Assembly: GCA_964188305.1 (NCBI GenBank)
Contig: OZ076888.1
Reading direction: 5' to 3' (one strand)
Length of the DNA stretch: 64,000 nucleotides
Origin: Podarcis bocagei
Lineage: Eukaryota
Shown: positions 25,889-38,403 of the stretch, in pieces
How the letters are laid out: the number at the start of each line of letters is the position of its first letter
Numbering within the stretch: position 1 is the stretch's first letter
Notes under the pieces: generated by a model
What the model saw: the letters and a program-made list of their open reading frames with translations, nothing else
The model's database searches: none
Told to the model about the DNA's origin: nothing
Made by a program: the position numbers and the translations under genes

Positions 25889-26688
25889 CATCCACCACCC
25901 ATATTAGTGAAGACAGAATTAAGTCAGAATTGATTATTCCTTCCACCCACCTTGTGGATGAAGGCAATTACACATGCACAGCTGCTAACTTCCTTGGCAA
26001 CACCTCAGCCACAATGATGCTGAAAGTTCAAGCTCCAAGGGCGGCGGCCTCCTCCTTCTCTTCCTCAGTCTCAGGTGAGAATTCATACATCGATGTGAGG
26101 ATTGCCAAGCAGACGGTCTATGGGATCACTTTGGAGTGGTACAGCTTGACAGAGAATCCAGGGGAAGCCTGGTATACCCTCCATTTTGGGAAGTATGATG
26201 ACTCTAAGAAAGACATGATATACATTGGCCCCGGCATCAATAGCTACTCTGTCAACGACCTTCTCCCTGCCACCAAGTATGAAGTGTGTGTTACTCTGAG
26301 GAACCAGGTGCCTCAAAAGGGGCAGTGCATTGTGTTTGTTACAGGAAGTGACATCAGCGAGCTGGAGCAGCGAGAGAAGCTCATCCATATCATCATCATT
26401 GTATGTGCCATGGTGCTCGCAGTCCCTGCTGGGATGTACGCATGTACCACCGAGACCAGGTTTAATTGCATGGAGAAATGTGCCGACCTCTGCCGCCAGA
26501 GCAGGAAAGGGCAAAATCTTCGGGGGGTCAATAAAGAGAACACGTTTGACAGTTTGCCAACAGGCAGTGAAGAGGGGCTGTGCCACCGAGACTCCAGTGA
26601 CGACAAGAAAAAGCTGAAGTCTTGCGAGGACAAGGAGAAGGCCAACAAGCAGAAACCCGAGCACAGAAATAGCGCTGATCTCTATTAG
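25889..26688 (+). CDS. LRIT2: LRIT2 exon 3 (end of Ig, FN3, TM, cytoplasmic tail)
   Basis: ccctag|CA TCC; DEGNYTCTAANFLGN; IDVRIAKQTVYGITLEW; YIGPGINSYSVNDLLPATKYEVC; TM LIHIIIIVCAMVLAVPAGMY; joined CDS 113+782+800=1695 nt, 564 aa. Confidence 0.96.
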
Positions 26689-27123
26689 CCGATCTCCAAG
26701 CACAATCCCATGTTAGATAAGAGAAAGGTAAATATAGAAAGACTGGTGGAAATATCTCACACATGTGGACAGTAGGTTTTCATGATACATCAGTGTCAAC
26801 AGGTGACAAGCGTACACAACAGAACTTCTGAGGCCACCAAAAACCTACAGCGGTTGAAGTTGTTGGAAGGCAAAAGAGGAACGTGCAGGGTCATCATTTT
26901 AGCAGGAACACTATGCCTCTGTCAGCCTTCTAGCTGTGATTTATGGTTAACAATGCAGGGGATGGATGGAATTGCATTGCTTGTTGAACGAGCATAGAGT
27001 ATGATCTATCAATATACAACCGGAGGGTTTTTCTAGAGGCATATCTGTAATTTAGATTACTGAATTGTTTTAGGACATCCCCACACCTTTCCTTCCCATT
27101 GTAGCTGCTGGTGATGGTTTTTA

Positions 27124-27154
<31 letters not shown>

Positions 27155-28012
27155 AGCAAGTTCAGAAACAGGACCTTAGCAACAGCACTGGTCAGAGCAG
27201 GAGAGTTTGCCCAAGTGCATTTAAAAGGTGCAAAAGGTGGTGGAGATTTCTGATTCAGATTAAGAACTCTTCTGCACAAGAATAACTCAGAAAGACTGAA
27301 GCTGTTAAAGAAATAGAAACAAAATGGTTTTCTTAAAATACACTGTTTGTTTGTTTGTTTTAAAATCACGTCAGTCCAAATCCAGCTTCAGTTGTGTGTA
27401 ACGACTATTGGTTTCAGAAGTAAACATGCATCTCTACCAGCATGGAAAGAACATTAAAGAACATTTAAAGCACATCCATAACAGCGTTTACCCTTAACTG
27501 AGCTACAGTTCCTAACACAATTCAGTTATCATGCTTGTTTGGAGCAGGGATCTGCTTTCAATGTCTGGTATGTGTGCAGCTTTGGTTAGATCCAGCAGCC
27601 TCCTCCTAGGTTCTTGTAGATCTCTCTTACTGGTTATAGTCAGCCATAACTTTAGATTTAACTTTATTGTCGCCTTCTAGTGAGCTTGCAGCACTAATTT
27701 TTATCAGCAGCACAAAAAGTTAGTGGCGTCTTAGTTAATGGTGAAATTAGATAACAGAGCTTATCGTACAGAAACCCTATTTGCTGCTAAAATGAAGTGA
27801 TACTTAAAAATACAACCAGCCACACAAGGTACACACTGATCACAACAAGGATTCTTAGTTGTCTCCACAGACCAAAATCCAATGTCCACGGAGAAAACAT
27901 GCCAGTTTCAGGTTTCCCTCCCCTGGTAGTGGGGGGGGGGAAGACTGGGGGGGGGGGAGAATCTTTAAACAGGCAAATAATATGTGGGGAAAGGATGAAG
28001 CACATCTCTCCC

Positions 28013-28676
28013 TAGGGATGTGTGAATTTGTCAATTTTGGTTCTCCCAGCTTCTCATTTTTCCAACTGATACTCAGTCCTCCGCATTTTGCAGCAGTGCA
28101 GATTAAAAAAAAAAATCTCATGAAAATTGTCATTTTAATGTGAATTTCTCCTTTAAAAAGTATGTTTTTAATACGCATTGTTGACTAACGTCAAGCTTTG
28201 CAAGCAATTTCCCCCCCCCAAATAACACCTTTTTGTACGCTATTTTCACCAGTATCTTCATTCTTGTGCCCACTTTCCTCTAATACAGTAGTACCTTGGT
28301 TTAAGAACTTAATTCGTCCCAGAGGTCTGTTCTTAACCTGAAATTGTTCTTAACCTGAAGCACCACTTTAGCTAATGGGGCCTCCCACTGCCGCCGTGCT
28401 GCCGGAGCATGATTTCTGTTCTCATCCTGAAGCAAAGTTCTTAACCTGACGTACTATTTCTGGGTTAGCGGAGTCTGTAACCTGAAGCGTATGTAACCTG
28501 AGGTACCACTGTAGATACATTTTTGTAGACACTGGCTGGAGAACTGCATCGCAAAATTCAGCTAAGTGCGAATTTTGAAGGCAGGTTGTGTTTGGTTTTG
28601 CTTATTGCTCTGAATGTGCAGTTTTGATAGATTCAGCTTTAAACGCACAGTTAATTGGGTTACTCCTCCATCCCTA
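28013..28676. mobile_element. Old non-autonomous DNA element with TAGGGATG/CATCCCTA termini, containing a nested mariner MITE (28286-28511)
   Basis: Terminal inverted octamers; nested TA-flanked CAGT(A/G)GTACC element; related sequence near 1985-2560 and 31500-31610. Confidence 0.6.
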
Positions 28677-29386
28677 CCGATCAATTTCACACACACATTG
28701 CATTAAAAAAAGGGGGGGCGAACTTCTCAGATCTTCCATGCCACATCTGATTTTGCCATTAGAAACAATCCAACAATACTTTATTCCCCAAATGTAAAAT
28801 AATTGATAATAGGACACGAGGGGGGAAATGCAATCCATTTTCAGCAGAACTTACTCGTCTCCTTTTTGCAAAGGACACCCAAGGCACTTTACATTAGAAG
28901 AAGTTAAAATACAAAATAGAAATTTGCCCCCATCAGTAAATGATCATTATGTTTATTGAAGCCATTCTTTTTTAAATGTGTGAAATTCCCCCCTCCTGAA
29001 AAAGTTATATAAACACAGTTGCATATCTGCATGCAGAAAAACTCTATTATCTACCTGTCTGTCTTTATGTATGCACGTGGCAATTTTGCCCCAGAGTCTG
29101 AAACTTTCATCAATATTTTTTAACTGGGCTCTTAAGAGATGATGTAGAAACAGTGCTATTTTTTAAAAAAAGAATAATAATTATTTTTGAAGTTTACTCT
29201 TCTTCAAAAGAGTTCAGCATATTTAGTTTAATCTCCCACAGCAACTCTATGAGGTAGGTGAAATTGAGTGGTCCAGTGACACTTAATGATGTTCACAACC
29301 AAGCAGAGATTTGGCCACAGGTCCCCACTGTTTCCTATGCCATGTTCAAAAGCTCAGCAAAGTTTTATATTCCAGATCTTCTAGAG

Positions 29387-29574
29387 CAGGCATGTCCAAG
29401 TGGCCGATCGCGAGGTGTCCCTGGTCTACTACTGGTGCTCCAAAAAAAGCTCACCAACTTTGGTTAATGCAATGGTTAATCCATTGCCAGTAATATATAT
29501 AATACACACACACACATATATATATGTATGGAGTAGATTGCAGTCTCTTGGGAGTTGGACATTGGACATGCCTG
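29387..29574. mobile_element. hAT-like MITE
   Basis: TIRs CAGGCATGTCCAA / TTGGACATGCCTG; 8-bp TSD TTCTAGAG/TTTTAGAG. Confidence 0.8.
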
Positions 29575-30242
29575 TTTTAGAGCAACTAATTTACAGGATT
29601 TCCTTGCTCCTCTAACAAAGACCATTTCAACACATTATTATCCCGATCCTTAGATATGACTGTGTTATCTTTTGGATATTGAAAGTATGTGCAGTAGAAA
29701 GAAGTTGCTGTTAGCTGGAAACACATGTCTTGAAATAAAAGAAATGGTTTTTCCAAATGCTCTGGCGTTTCTTCTCTGTTGCGACACCATTTTGCACATA
29801 TACATGTGGAGGTTGATGGGGAGGGGGCATGTGGGAAGGACACACACCCCAGCAAAAATGGAAGGCTTCAAACATTAATGCTTCAAATGATTGAGGTGAT
29901 CATATTGGTGACCAGCTATTAGGAAGAGTGAACAATTCGGGGAGTTCAGTGACCTCATTAAATAGATTAAAAAAAAGTGGGATGGGAGAGGAGGGAAATG
30001 AGCCAGCTTTTAATTTGGCATCTCAAGCATCCTCTGCAAAGCAAAGTGTTCTGAGCATGAAGCACCTTTGGAACAATGTAATCCCGCTTGACACTTCTAT
30101 GCCATTAGCTCACGCGAAGATGGTACAAATGGGGAAATGGAGTGGTCGAGATAAGAGTGCATAGATCTCAGGCCTGCCGATAAAGTTTTGACTTTTAAAA
30201 AACTTGTAGCGCAATGGAAGTTGAATTGATCATGGCTCAGAA

Positions 30243-30693
30243 CAGCGCCGGATTTATGTATAAGCTAAACAAGCTATAGCTTAAGGCCCCACTTTCTTGG
30301 GGCCCCCACAAAAAAATTAAAGGAAAAAAAACCTGGATGTACATTTCCAAAATATAAGATAAAAAACAAATAAAATAAAACCTACATCCAGCAACAGTGT
30401 TTTGTGTTGTGTAGGCTCCTATGATGTAAGTAATGGGCCCCGCCTGTTAGCCTGCTCCCTAAAATATCACTGGTTTGCTCATTTCTATAACGGTGCCTAC
30501 ATTCTGCATGGACTGGTTGTATGGGCAACATGTGCAAATGGCTTTAGATACCTATTAGGTCCATAAATTACCATATTGAATATTCAACACAAAAAACAGC
30601 AACAACTTGTTGTTGACAAAGGACAGCTGGAAATATAAAGGGCACCATTACCTTCAGTACTTTAGGGCCTCATCAAACCTAAATCCGGCCCTG
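30243..30693. mobile_element. hAT-like non-autonomous element
   Basis: TIRs CAGCGCCGGATTTA / TAAATCCGGCCCTG. Confidence 0.65.
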
Positions 30694-30986
30694 GCTGAGG
30701 GTAGCGTTTCTAATGAGTGGGTAGCATTTCTAATGGTAAGAGGGTGCTGTTTAAGTGCCATGAAAAGCTACTTGTCCTTATCCATAACTTCTACTTCTAC
30801 TCCTTGCCTCTGAAACCCTACAGTCCGTCTCCCTGTGATCCCCTTTCTCTGCCAATTGCTTCAAAAGGGTGAATCTTAACAACAAAATTGTGCGTATTGT
30901 ATTTGCACCATGGCAGTGAAATCCTGCTAGTGGGCTTCACAGGGACATCTGATTGGCTATCATAATAACAGGATGCTGGAGTAGAT

Positions 30987-31370
30987 ACTGGGGGTGCAGG
31001 TGGCACTCTGGTCTAAACCACTGAGCCTCTTGGGCTTACCGATCAGAAGGTCAGTGGTTCGAATCCGCATGATGGGGTGAGTTCCTGTTGCTCTGTCCCA
31101 GCTTCTGCCAACCTAGCAGTACAAAAGCACGCCAGTTTAAGTAGATAAATAGGTGCCACTGTGGTGGAAGGTAAACGGTGTTTCTGTGAGCTCTGGTTTC
31201 TGTTACGGTGTTCCATTGTGCCAGAAGCGGTTTAGTCATGCTTGCTACATGACCTGAAAAGGTGTCTGTGGACAAATGCCGGCTCCCTTGGCCTGAAGCG
31301 AGATGAGCACTGCAACCCCATAGTCGCCTTTGACTGGACTTAACTGTCCAGGGATCTTTTACCTTTACCT
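30987..31370 (+). mobile_element. Sauria SINE
   Basis: Full length; 13-bp TSD TGCTGGAGTAGAT. Confidence 0.9.
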
Positions 31371-32002
31371 TGCTGGAGTAGATGGGACATGGCCTGACCC
31401 AGCAGGATCTTCTTATACCCTTACAAATCAGATATTAGGTAAAAGTACATACCAACTTAGTGTACTGGGATAAATCCACACTGACGTTTTCATGAGGCCT
31501 TTAAAAAAAACAAAAAACGCAAACAGATATGGAAATGTGGCTAACTGGACTTAAGGTCGGAAAAATGAGAATCTGAGAAAAGCCAAAATCGATAGATTCA
31601 CCCATCCCTAATTGTGACCTCGGGGCCCTAAAAGCATTGGAGGCCAAGACATCTTCGCCAGTGGCAGGGTTGTGAGAACAGGATCTCACCTATTGATTTG
31701 CAGCAACCGGGAATTTTTTGGGCTGGAGGCTTCTAGCAGAATCTGGGCCAGATCTAGGCACATAAAAATAAAGAAGTTACAGGAAAATGCATATTAAACC
31801 TCATGATGCCAAAAGATGGAACTCCACAGCGCCATCTGGTGTCAGTGTTACAACGCATTTGAAACGCTTTTTCTTTACTAATGTAGCCGAGTCCCTGGAT
31901 CGCCTTCCTTTATGGAGCACTTGCAATGCTGAATATGAAGAATTGAGAGGGGTAACAATGGTCAGAACATCAAAATAAGGCAACGAGTGCATTTTTCAAG
32001 TT

Positions 32003-32008
32003 TTTATT
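32003..32008 (-). promoter_or_regulatory. Candidate distal CDHR1 poly(A) signal
   Basis: AATAAA on minus strand at the end of a U-rich, 3'UTR-like stretch; would imply a 3' UTR of about 3.9 kb; inference only. Confidence 0.3.
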
Positions 32009-33605
32009 AACAAAAAACATTTGGAACGCAGTTCACTCAGTACAGAACACCTGCATTCGGTTTGGGGGGTGGGTGGGGAGTTACACGATGTAAAAGAAAA
32101 AAACAGTTATCTCTTAACTATGTTGAAATCTATTAAGTCTAATATTATAAGTCTTTTCTTGACCATGATTTTGAGGGTTGCCACCTTTTCAGCTGCTAAA
32201 GGATGGGGCAATACAGATGTTTTTTCATGTAGGTGGGCAATATGTAGGGGGGAAAAGAAGAATTATTCTTTGCTGCCCATTCTATCAGCACAATCAGGCC
32301 CTTTGACGGGTGCAGCACACTTCTGCTGGGGAGAGGGGAGGAGCTGCAGGAGAAATTTAATCCTGCTACACCTTTCCTCCCGTCTCTAATTCTAATTCCA
32401 ACATTCTATTGCTAAAACCTAGTAAAATCTTGCGGTACCTTAAACACATTTTATGGCGGCATCTTTAGCATAATCAAATGTGCTGGTCTTTAAGGTTCCA
32501 CAGGGCTGTTTGTTAGTTAGCTACAGGCTACCACAAATCACCCCCCATCCCCCCTAAAACCTGGCAAAATGCACAAGATTCTTTTTGTGGTTCCGTCATT
32601 CCCCCCCCCTCAAACGCATAATTTAAAAATAAAATGTAGAACTGATTCAAGTTTGTGCACAAAATGTTGATTCCATAAAAAGTATATCTGCAATAGGTTT
32701 TCTACATATAATACACACAGATATATTTCAAAAATATGAACAATCCATACAGATTACAAATGGATGGCAGCCCTAGAGTTTTTTTTGACCTTCGTTGCAT
32801 TGTGCAAAAAAACACTGTGTTAAGAAAATAGCAAGGCAGACAATTCTTGGAAGCTTTTGGTACCTCAAAGAGAATTTGTTTAAGTAGGTTCAGAAACAAA
32901 AGGAAAGATGTTGCATGATTTACAAATAATCCCATGATTTGGATGTGCCTCTCTGGGTGTAATATAAGAAATGTGCCTCTTTTTAAAGCTATTTATGATG
33001 CATATACTCAGCTCTTCATCTGAAGAGCTCCAAGCACCTCATATATAGTTCCTGGGAGGACTTCCTTCCAAGCCATTACATGGCCAGACCTGATCAACAA
33101 TAGGACTCTTTCATGTGCCTTCAAGCTATTATCTTCTCCTGTGACTATTCATGGAGATGTCATGTGGGGGATTCGCTCGGGAGTGAAATTTACCAAATTG
33201 AACAGAGGGACATTTTGTTAATCTGGTTCGGGGGTAGCCAATGTTGCGCCCTCTGGATTTTGCAGGGCTACAAGTCCCAACACCACTGGCTATTCTTATT
33301 ATTTATTATATTTGTCAGTTGGTTTTCTTGCAAAGCAAATGAAAAAAATTAAAAAATGAAAAACACAGCAGCACAGGCTAAAAACATAACTAAACGAAAA
33401 GGCAGGGATACAAGTCCCCCCCCCCCGCAATGCCACCCTTCAGATCAAGGGCCCAAAACAGAGGAATGGAGAAAGCAAAGGGGGTACCACTGAAAAGGCC
33501 CATTCTTGCATTGTCACCCTCTAAATCTCCCATGGAGGTGGCACACAAAGAAGGGTCATGCTGGCTAGGACTGATGGGATTTGGAGCCCAATAATATAGA
33601 GGGGA

Positions 33606-33968
33606 GGGGGACGCGGGTGGCGCTGTGGGTAAAACCTCAGCGCCTAGGGCTTGCCGATCGCATGGTCGGCGGTTCGAATCCCCGCGGCGGGGTGAGCTCC
33701 CGTCTTTCGGTCCCAGCTCCTGCCCACCTAGCAGTTCGAAAGCACCCTTAAGTGCAAGTAGATAAATAGGGACCGCTTTATAGCGGGAAGGTAAACGGCG
33801 TTTCCATGTGCTGCGCTGGGGCCGGCTTGCCAGAGCAGCTTCGTCACGCTGGCCACGTGACCCGGAAGTGTCTCCGGACAGCGCTGGCCCCCGGCCTCTT
33901 AAGTGAGATGGGCGCACAACCCTAGAGTCGGACACGACTGGCCCGTATGGGCAGGGGTACCTTTACCT
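33606..33968 (+). mobile_element. Young Sauria SINE (distinct subfamily)
   Basis: CpG-rich, intact; perfect 14-bp TSD TAATATAGAGGGGA (33592-33605, 33969-33982). Confidence 0.92.
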
Positions 33969-35904
33969 TAATATAGAGGGGAATGGAACCACATTGGTAA
34001 CCCCATGTCTGATTGAACCAGCCTTTGCCTCCTTCAAACACCCTGATGTTCCTTCCCAAAATGAACCCATGAAGTCACCATGAATTGCTTTGATGGCAAC
34101 TCTTGCTTAGAACTAGTAAGGAATCAAGTTAGGGCCACCAGCAAACCAGTCTAGATATGATACAGATAGTGTTAGGCTTCCCTCCGCCTTGCGGCTATTA
34201 GAGCCAGGGGAAGGTCAGGCTACCTGGACAGTGTCTATGTCACAGCTCACCTGTGGACCAGTCACAATGGGTGAAATGGAGGTGGTTTCAGGAAGAAAAC
34301 ACACACAACCCCCTCCTATTTTCCTTGGTTGGCAGGATGCAGCATGAAAGCCTTACATCATGTTTATAAGGATATGGCACTACCATTCCACATGACACAA
34401 TTTTAAGGGATGTTGCTACATTCCTTAAAATGGCCTCAGCTCAGAAGTTTACCTAAATTGTGCTGCATTTCAAAATGATGCAGGGCTGCAAGTGATTTCT
34501 GTCTTTCTCCTGTTCACACCTTTTCTTTGCCCAGCTCCACTCCAAGGCAAACGCTTCTGACACCATGTTTCTCGTTTAACTGCCTCGTTAGTAGTAATTT
34601 AACACCAGGGGAATGTTCAGGTTGTCCCTCTGCAGCACCTTAACTTCAAATTCCCATAAACACCGGCATTTTAAACATTCAGTGGTTAGGATGCTCGTAA
34701 AGCAGTAAAGCACTGTTTTGCAGCAATGTAGGGAGCAATTTTGCCTTTTATAGAGAAAGAACTCTTGGTTTTTCCACTCCTCCATAAAAAGTTTTACGTC
34801 ACTGGTCTGTTGCGATGAGGCATATCACATAGAGACGAGTCGACTCTCAATAATACTGAATGTTATGAAAACATTCCTGTTTTCAGTATAACTCATCGGC
34901 TTACTTTATGGACAGAAGTGGCTCAGATCTCTGCGTCTGATAATTTTTTGTCAACCTATCCTTACTTGTCATTCAGTGCATGTGCCCCAATACTGTTCAT
35001 GTTACCTGTGATTAGGGATGACATGAATACCCTTGACTGCACACCTGTGAGCAGAATCAGGGTAAACACAACTCTCCTTGCTGTCTGTGTTCATTTCAGT
35101 CCTGAGAACTGCCTCCTCCCTCACCTTCCCAAAGGTGAAAAAACTGGATTGCCACTAGAAATACCACAATCCTTGCTGGGAAAGTGATGCTGTTGGCTGT
35201 CACCTCCTGCCATGATCCCTCACCTCCTTCCTTTCTCATTCAAGAGATTTTCTTGGACAGGTTAGGGGAAATCGCATTATTCACACCTCACATTGGGACA
35301 TGTTAATCTGTATGCTTGATGCCTATATGATTGGGAATACTGTCAAATTCCAGCCCCAGTAAAGCCCGAGTTATGGCTGGGGCAGAACAATTTAAAAGGT
35401 CAATCAACATCTGAGCTGGACCCTGGAGCTACTGAATTTCAGCAAGTGGCATGCTAGGAGATGGGGCAGCTTGTTAGGCTTACTTGGCTATTCCTTGAGG
35501 ACTCTGGAATGAGATATTTTAAAACATTCAATATTTCAAGCTGAACTTTAAAACAGATCACTGGAAAGCATTGGCCAGATACAGAACAAATTGGCATCCT
35601 GAAAATTGCAGCACACAAACACGCAAGCAGCCTTTGCAGCGGGAACCTGTATAAAAATATTGTAACAAATGCGCACCACATATTACCATAAAGTTATAGG
35701 TGAAACAATTGCACCGGGCGAGAGGATATGTACCGGCATGCGATCCGGGCGAATGGATGCGAAACACCGAGAAGAGATAATGAGCGTTTTCAGCTTGCAG
35801 GGAGATGGGGAATTGGTACAAAATGCAAAAGAAGAAAATCACACCATGTACCTGGAATGGCACACAGAAGACACACTCCACATGCAAGCTGTGGGGAGGA
35901 GACA

Positions 35905-36456
35905 CTAAATGTGAGGGCTTGCCGCATTTCTCATTTCAAACCTCTGCTTGAGCTCCGACACCAGGGCATTATGGGATGTGCAGACCGCGGCACCTTTCTT
36001 CGCCTGCTTTTTAATAATCTTCGGACTCAGCGATCCGGATACTGTGGGGACCCTCCATTCAGAGACATTAGTCTTGAGTGCCGGGGCAGGAGGTAGGGCT
36101 GGAGCAGCAGGTGGTGGAGGAGGAAGGGGCACCTGGAAGTTGTTGTTGCTGTTCTCATTTTGCAGACTTTTGGTATCCTCTTCGACGACAAACTTCTCTG
36201 CAGCATTGCTGGGCCTCTTGAATTTCAGCCACTCCATTCTGATCATCCTGGTTGGTTGGTGGTTCTGCCTTTTTTTAATGATCCGTCTCACGGGCATGAT
36301 TTTGTTGGACCTCTTATTGCGCCAGAACATGGCGGTGGAGATTAAGATGGTGATGGCCACCATCACCCCCATGACACCAGCTAGCACTCCTAAGGCTTTC
36401 ATGGGGTTATCTTTTGTTTGCATCAAAAAGGCAGCCATAGGCCCTTTGTGAAGAGT
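35905..36456 (-). CDS. CDHR1: CDHR1 canonical last exon (TM plus long proline-rich cytoplasmic tail)
   Basis: ttttacag|ACT CTT; PMAAFLMQTKDNPMKALGVLAG..ILISTAMFWRNKRSNK..VPTVSGSL..LVSELKQRFE. Confidence 0.96.
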   Translation of the reverse strand, partial: TLHKGPMAAFLMQTKDNPMKALGVLAGVMGVMVAITILISTAMFWRNKRSNKIMPVRRIIKKRQNHQPTRMIRMEWLKFKRPSNAAEKFVVEEDTKSLQNENSNNNFQVPLPPPPPAAPALPPAPALKTNVSEWRVPTVSGSLSPKIIKKQAKKGAAVCTSHNALVSELKQRFEMRNAASPHI

Positions 36457-36828
36457 CTGTAAAAGAGTACAAAGAGAACATGGTGACTTAACTCTGGGGC
36501 ACAGAGAGAGAGAGACTGCACTTTCATTTGTCCAAAATATGTGATCCACACCACCAAGCCACCTCCAATTTGGCATCCAAAATTCAGATTTAACACTAAG
36601 AAGGCCAACTGCAGCAATTAAATAGTGGAGCCTTTCACTCAGGATGTGGGGAGTTTTGCATCATTCCTATGCAATACTCTATTGTCCGTCGGTTGCAAGT
36701 GGAAACAAAACCACTGGGTTGTGCAGTCAAGGACATACCCATACAACAAACCGGTGACAACAGTCATTCCCTATTCTCCGAGGAACCCTGGAAATTGTAG
36801 TCCTGTTAGAATGGACACCAGGGATCCC

Positions 36829-37068
36829 TAACCAGGCAGAGGGCCTTCTTGGTAGTGGCACCTGCTCTGTGGAATGCTCTCCAATCAGATGTCAATGAAA
36901 TAAACAACTATCTGACTTTTAGAAGACATCTGAAGGCAGCCCTGTTTAAGGAAGTTTTAAATGTTTGATGTTTTATTTTGTTTTTAATATTCTGTTGGGA
37001 GTCTCCCAGAATGGTTGGGGAAACCCAGCCAGATGGGTGGGATATAAATAAATAAATAAATTATTATT
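36829..37068 (+). mobile_element. L2 LINE 3' fragment
   Basis: Same L2 3' sequence and tail. Confidence 0.85.
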
Positions 37069-37527
37069 GTCATGAACACCCATAAACCAAAATGTCTCTG
37101 ATTCTTTGGGGAAAGCTGTCACAGTTAAAACTGGTATCAAACTGAGATAAACTCAGTATATATCCATAACTGGAAGGTGTTCCTTTTGCTTTAGATTTCA
37201 TTTCAGAATCTCCCAGAATCAAACAAATGCTTTCAGAGAAAATACTAGTAATAAGATTTTCTCATCCTATTGATGCATCTTCAACTGAAAACATTTTGAG
37301 GCTGTCAAATCGGTTCTTAAACAGCCGAAACTGAGCATGTTCTAGTACTCTTTTACAGACGTTACAAAAACAAAACAAACCACTCCAATGCTATGAGGTA
37401 ATGAATCTGAGATGAAGAGACAGGCTGTTTGTTTCCCTTTTAAAGAATCCAAAGCTTGATTTAGAGGTAATGCAGCCTCTCAATATGGCATATTGAGGAC
37501 AAATGAATGAAAAGTTCGCATAGCATT

Positions 37528-37740
37528 TTAGCACACAGAGCGCTGTGGTAGTCGTCGTTTAATTTTCCTGATTTTTCCCTGAGGATGGAGTCTGGATCTT
37601 TTCACACTTTTCCAGTACATGATGGTGGAGATCACCATGGTAACAGAAATGGCAGAAAGGACGCCACTCGTGCAAATCCCAAATAATGTCCATGGATGTT
37701 TCTTGAGGCCTAAAATATAGGATCTTACCCTTGATTTGAT
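37528..37740 (-). CDS. CDHR1: Putative alternative (duplicated) CDHR1 terminal exon: TM plus short basic tail, 70 aa
   Basis: Pyrimidine tract and acceptor ttttcttatttttgacattttcag|ATC, phase 0 matching the upstream exon; IKSRVRSYILGLKKHPWTLFGICTSGVLSAISVTMVISTIMYWKSVKRSRLHPQGKIRKIKRRLPQRSVC-stop; aligns with the canonical exon (ISTIMYW vs ISTAMFW). Confidence 0.8.
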   Translation of the reverse strand: MKSRVRSYILGLKKHPWTLFGICTSGVLSAISVTMVISTIMYWKSVKRSRLHPQGKIRKIKRRLPQRSVC

Positions 37741-38403
37741 CTGAAAATGTCAAAAATAAGAAAACCAATCAACCTGTGGACCACCGTCATAAAGGAAACA
37801 TTGGATGCATTGGTTGCATCCAGTGTAGTGCAAAGTACCTCATTCTGTCAGTGCAAGGATGTCTGCTTGTGGGACACAACTTTCTCCTCCCTCCCTAAAT
37901 ATGTTTTGGGATTCCTCCCAACCCCCTGCGACATATTTGGGGAGGGCGTGGGGTGAACACAGGCAAGAGAACGGGGAGGGAGTTCTGTTGTGCAAGTGGA
38001 AATCCCCACACTGCCAAAATACATTGGCAGGTAACTGAAGCAGATAATTTAATTAGACAGTGCCTATATGATATCGAGCAACAGAACAAATTGGCCACCA
38101 TAAGGAAATTTTGTCCATTGTATGATTATTTCCCACCTAGTCATCTTGACACTTTGGCACCCTATTTGCAAAATTTAACAATTCCAAAATATACAGATGC
38201 ACTTTTACTTATGCAAGATTAAATACCGGTATACTGCCTACAGCTGTGCTTGAGGGTCGATTTCAAAAAAATCTGCGGGGGGAAAAGGCTATGTCCATGT
38301 GGAGAGGGCAGTATTGAATCATTAGCTCATGTGCTTCTAGCTTGCATTCTGTATAAAGATTTGAGGAGTGAGGTTATTACCCCTCTACTACTATCCCTAC
38401 CAG

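Noticed and set aside
26083-26703. 206-aa minus ORF (and the similar 35948-36451 plus ORF)
   Set aside because: Antisense shadows of real LRIT2 and CDHR1 exons
32425-32535. Degenerate Penelope-like terminal sequence
   Set aside because: Too decayed; hammerhead core absent
37559-37768. ORF-track 69-aa minus ORF (MVFLFLTFSDQ...)
   Set aside because: Wrong frame; the meaningful frame is the spliced phase-0 frame 37740-37528
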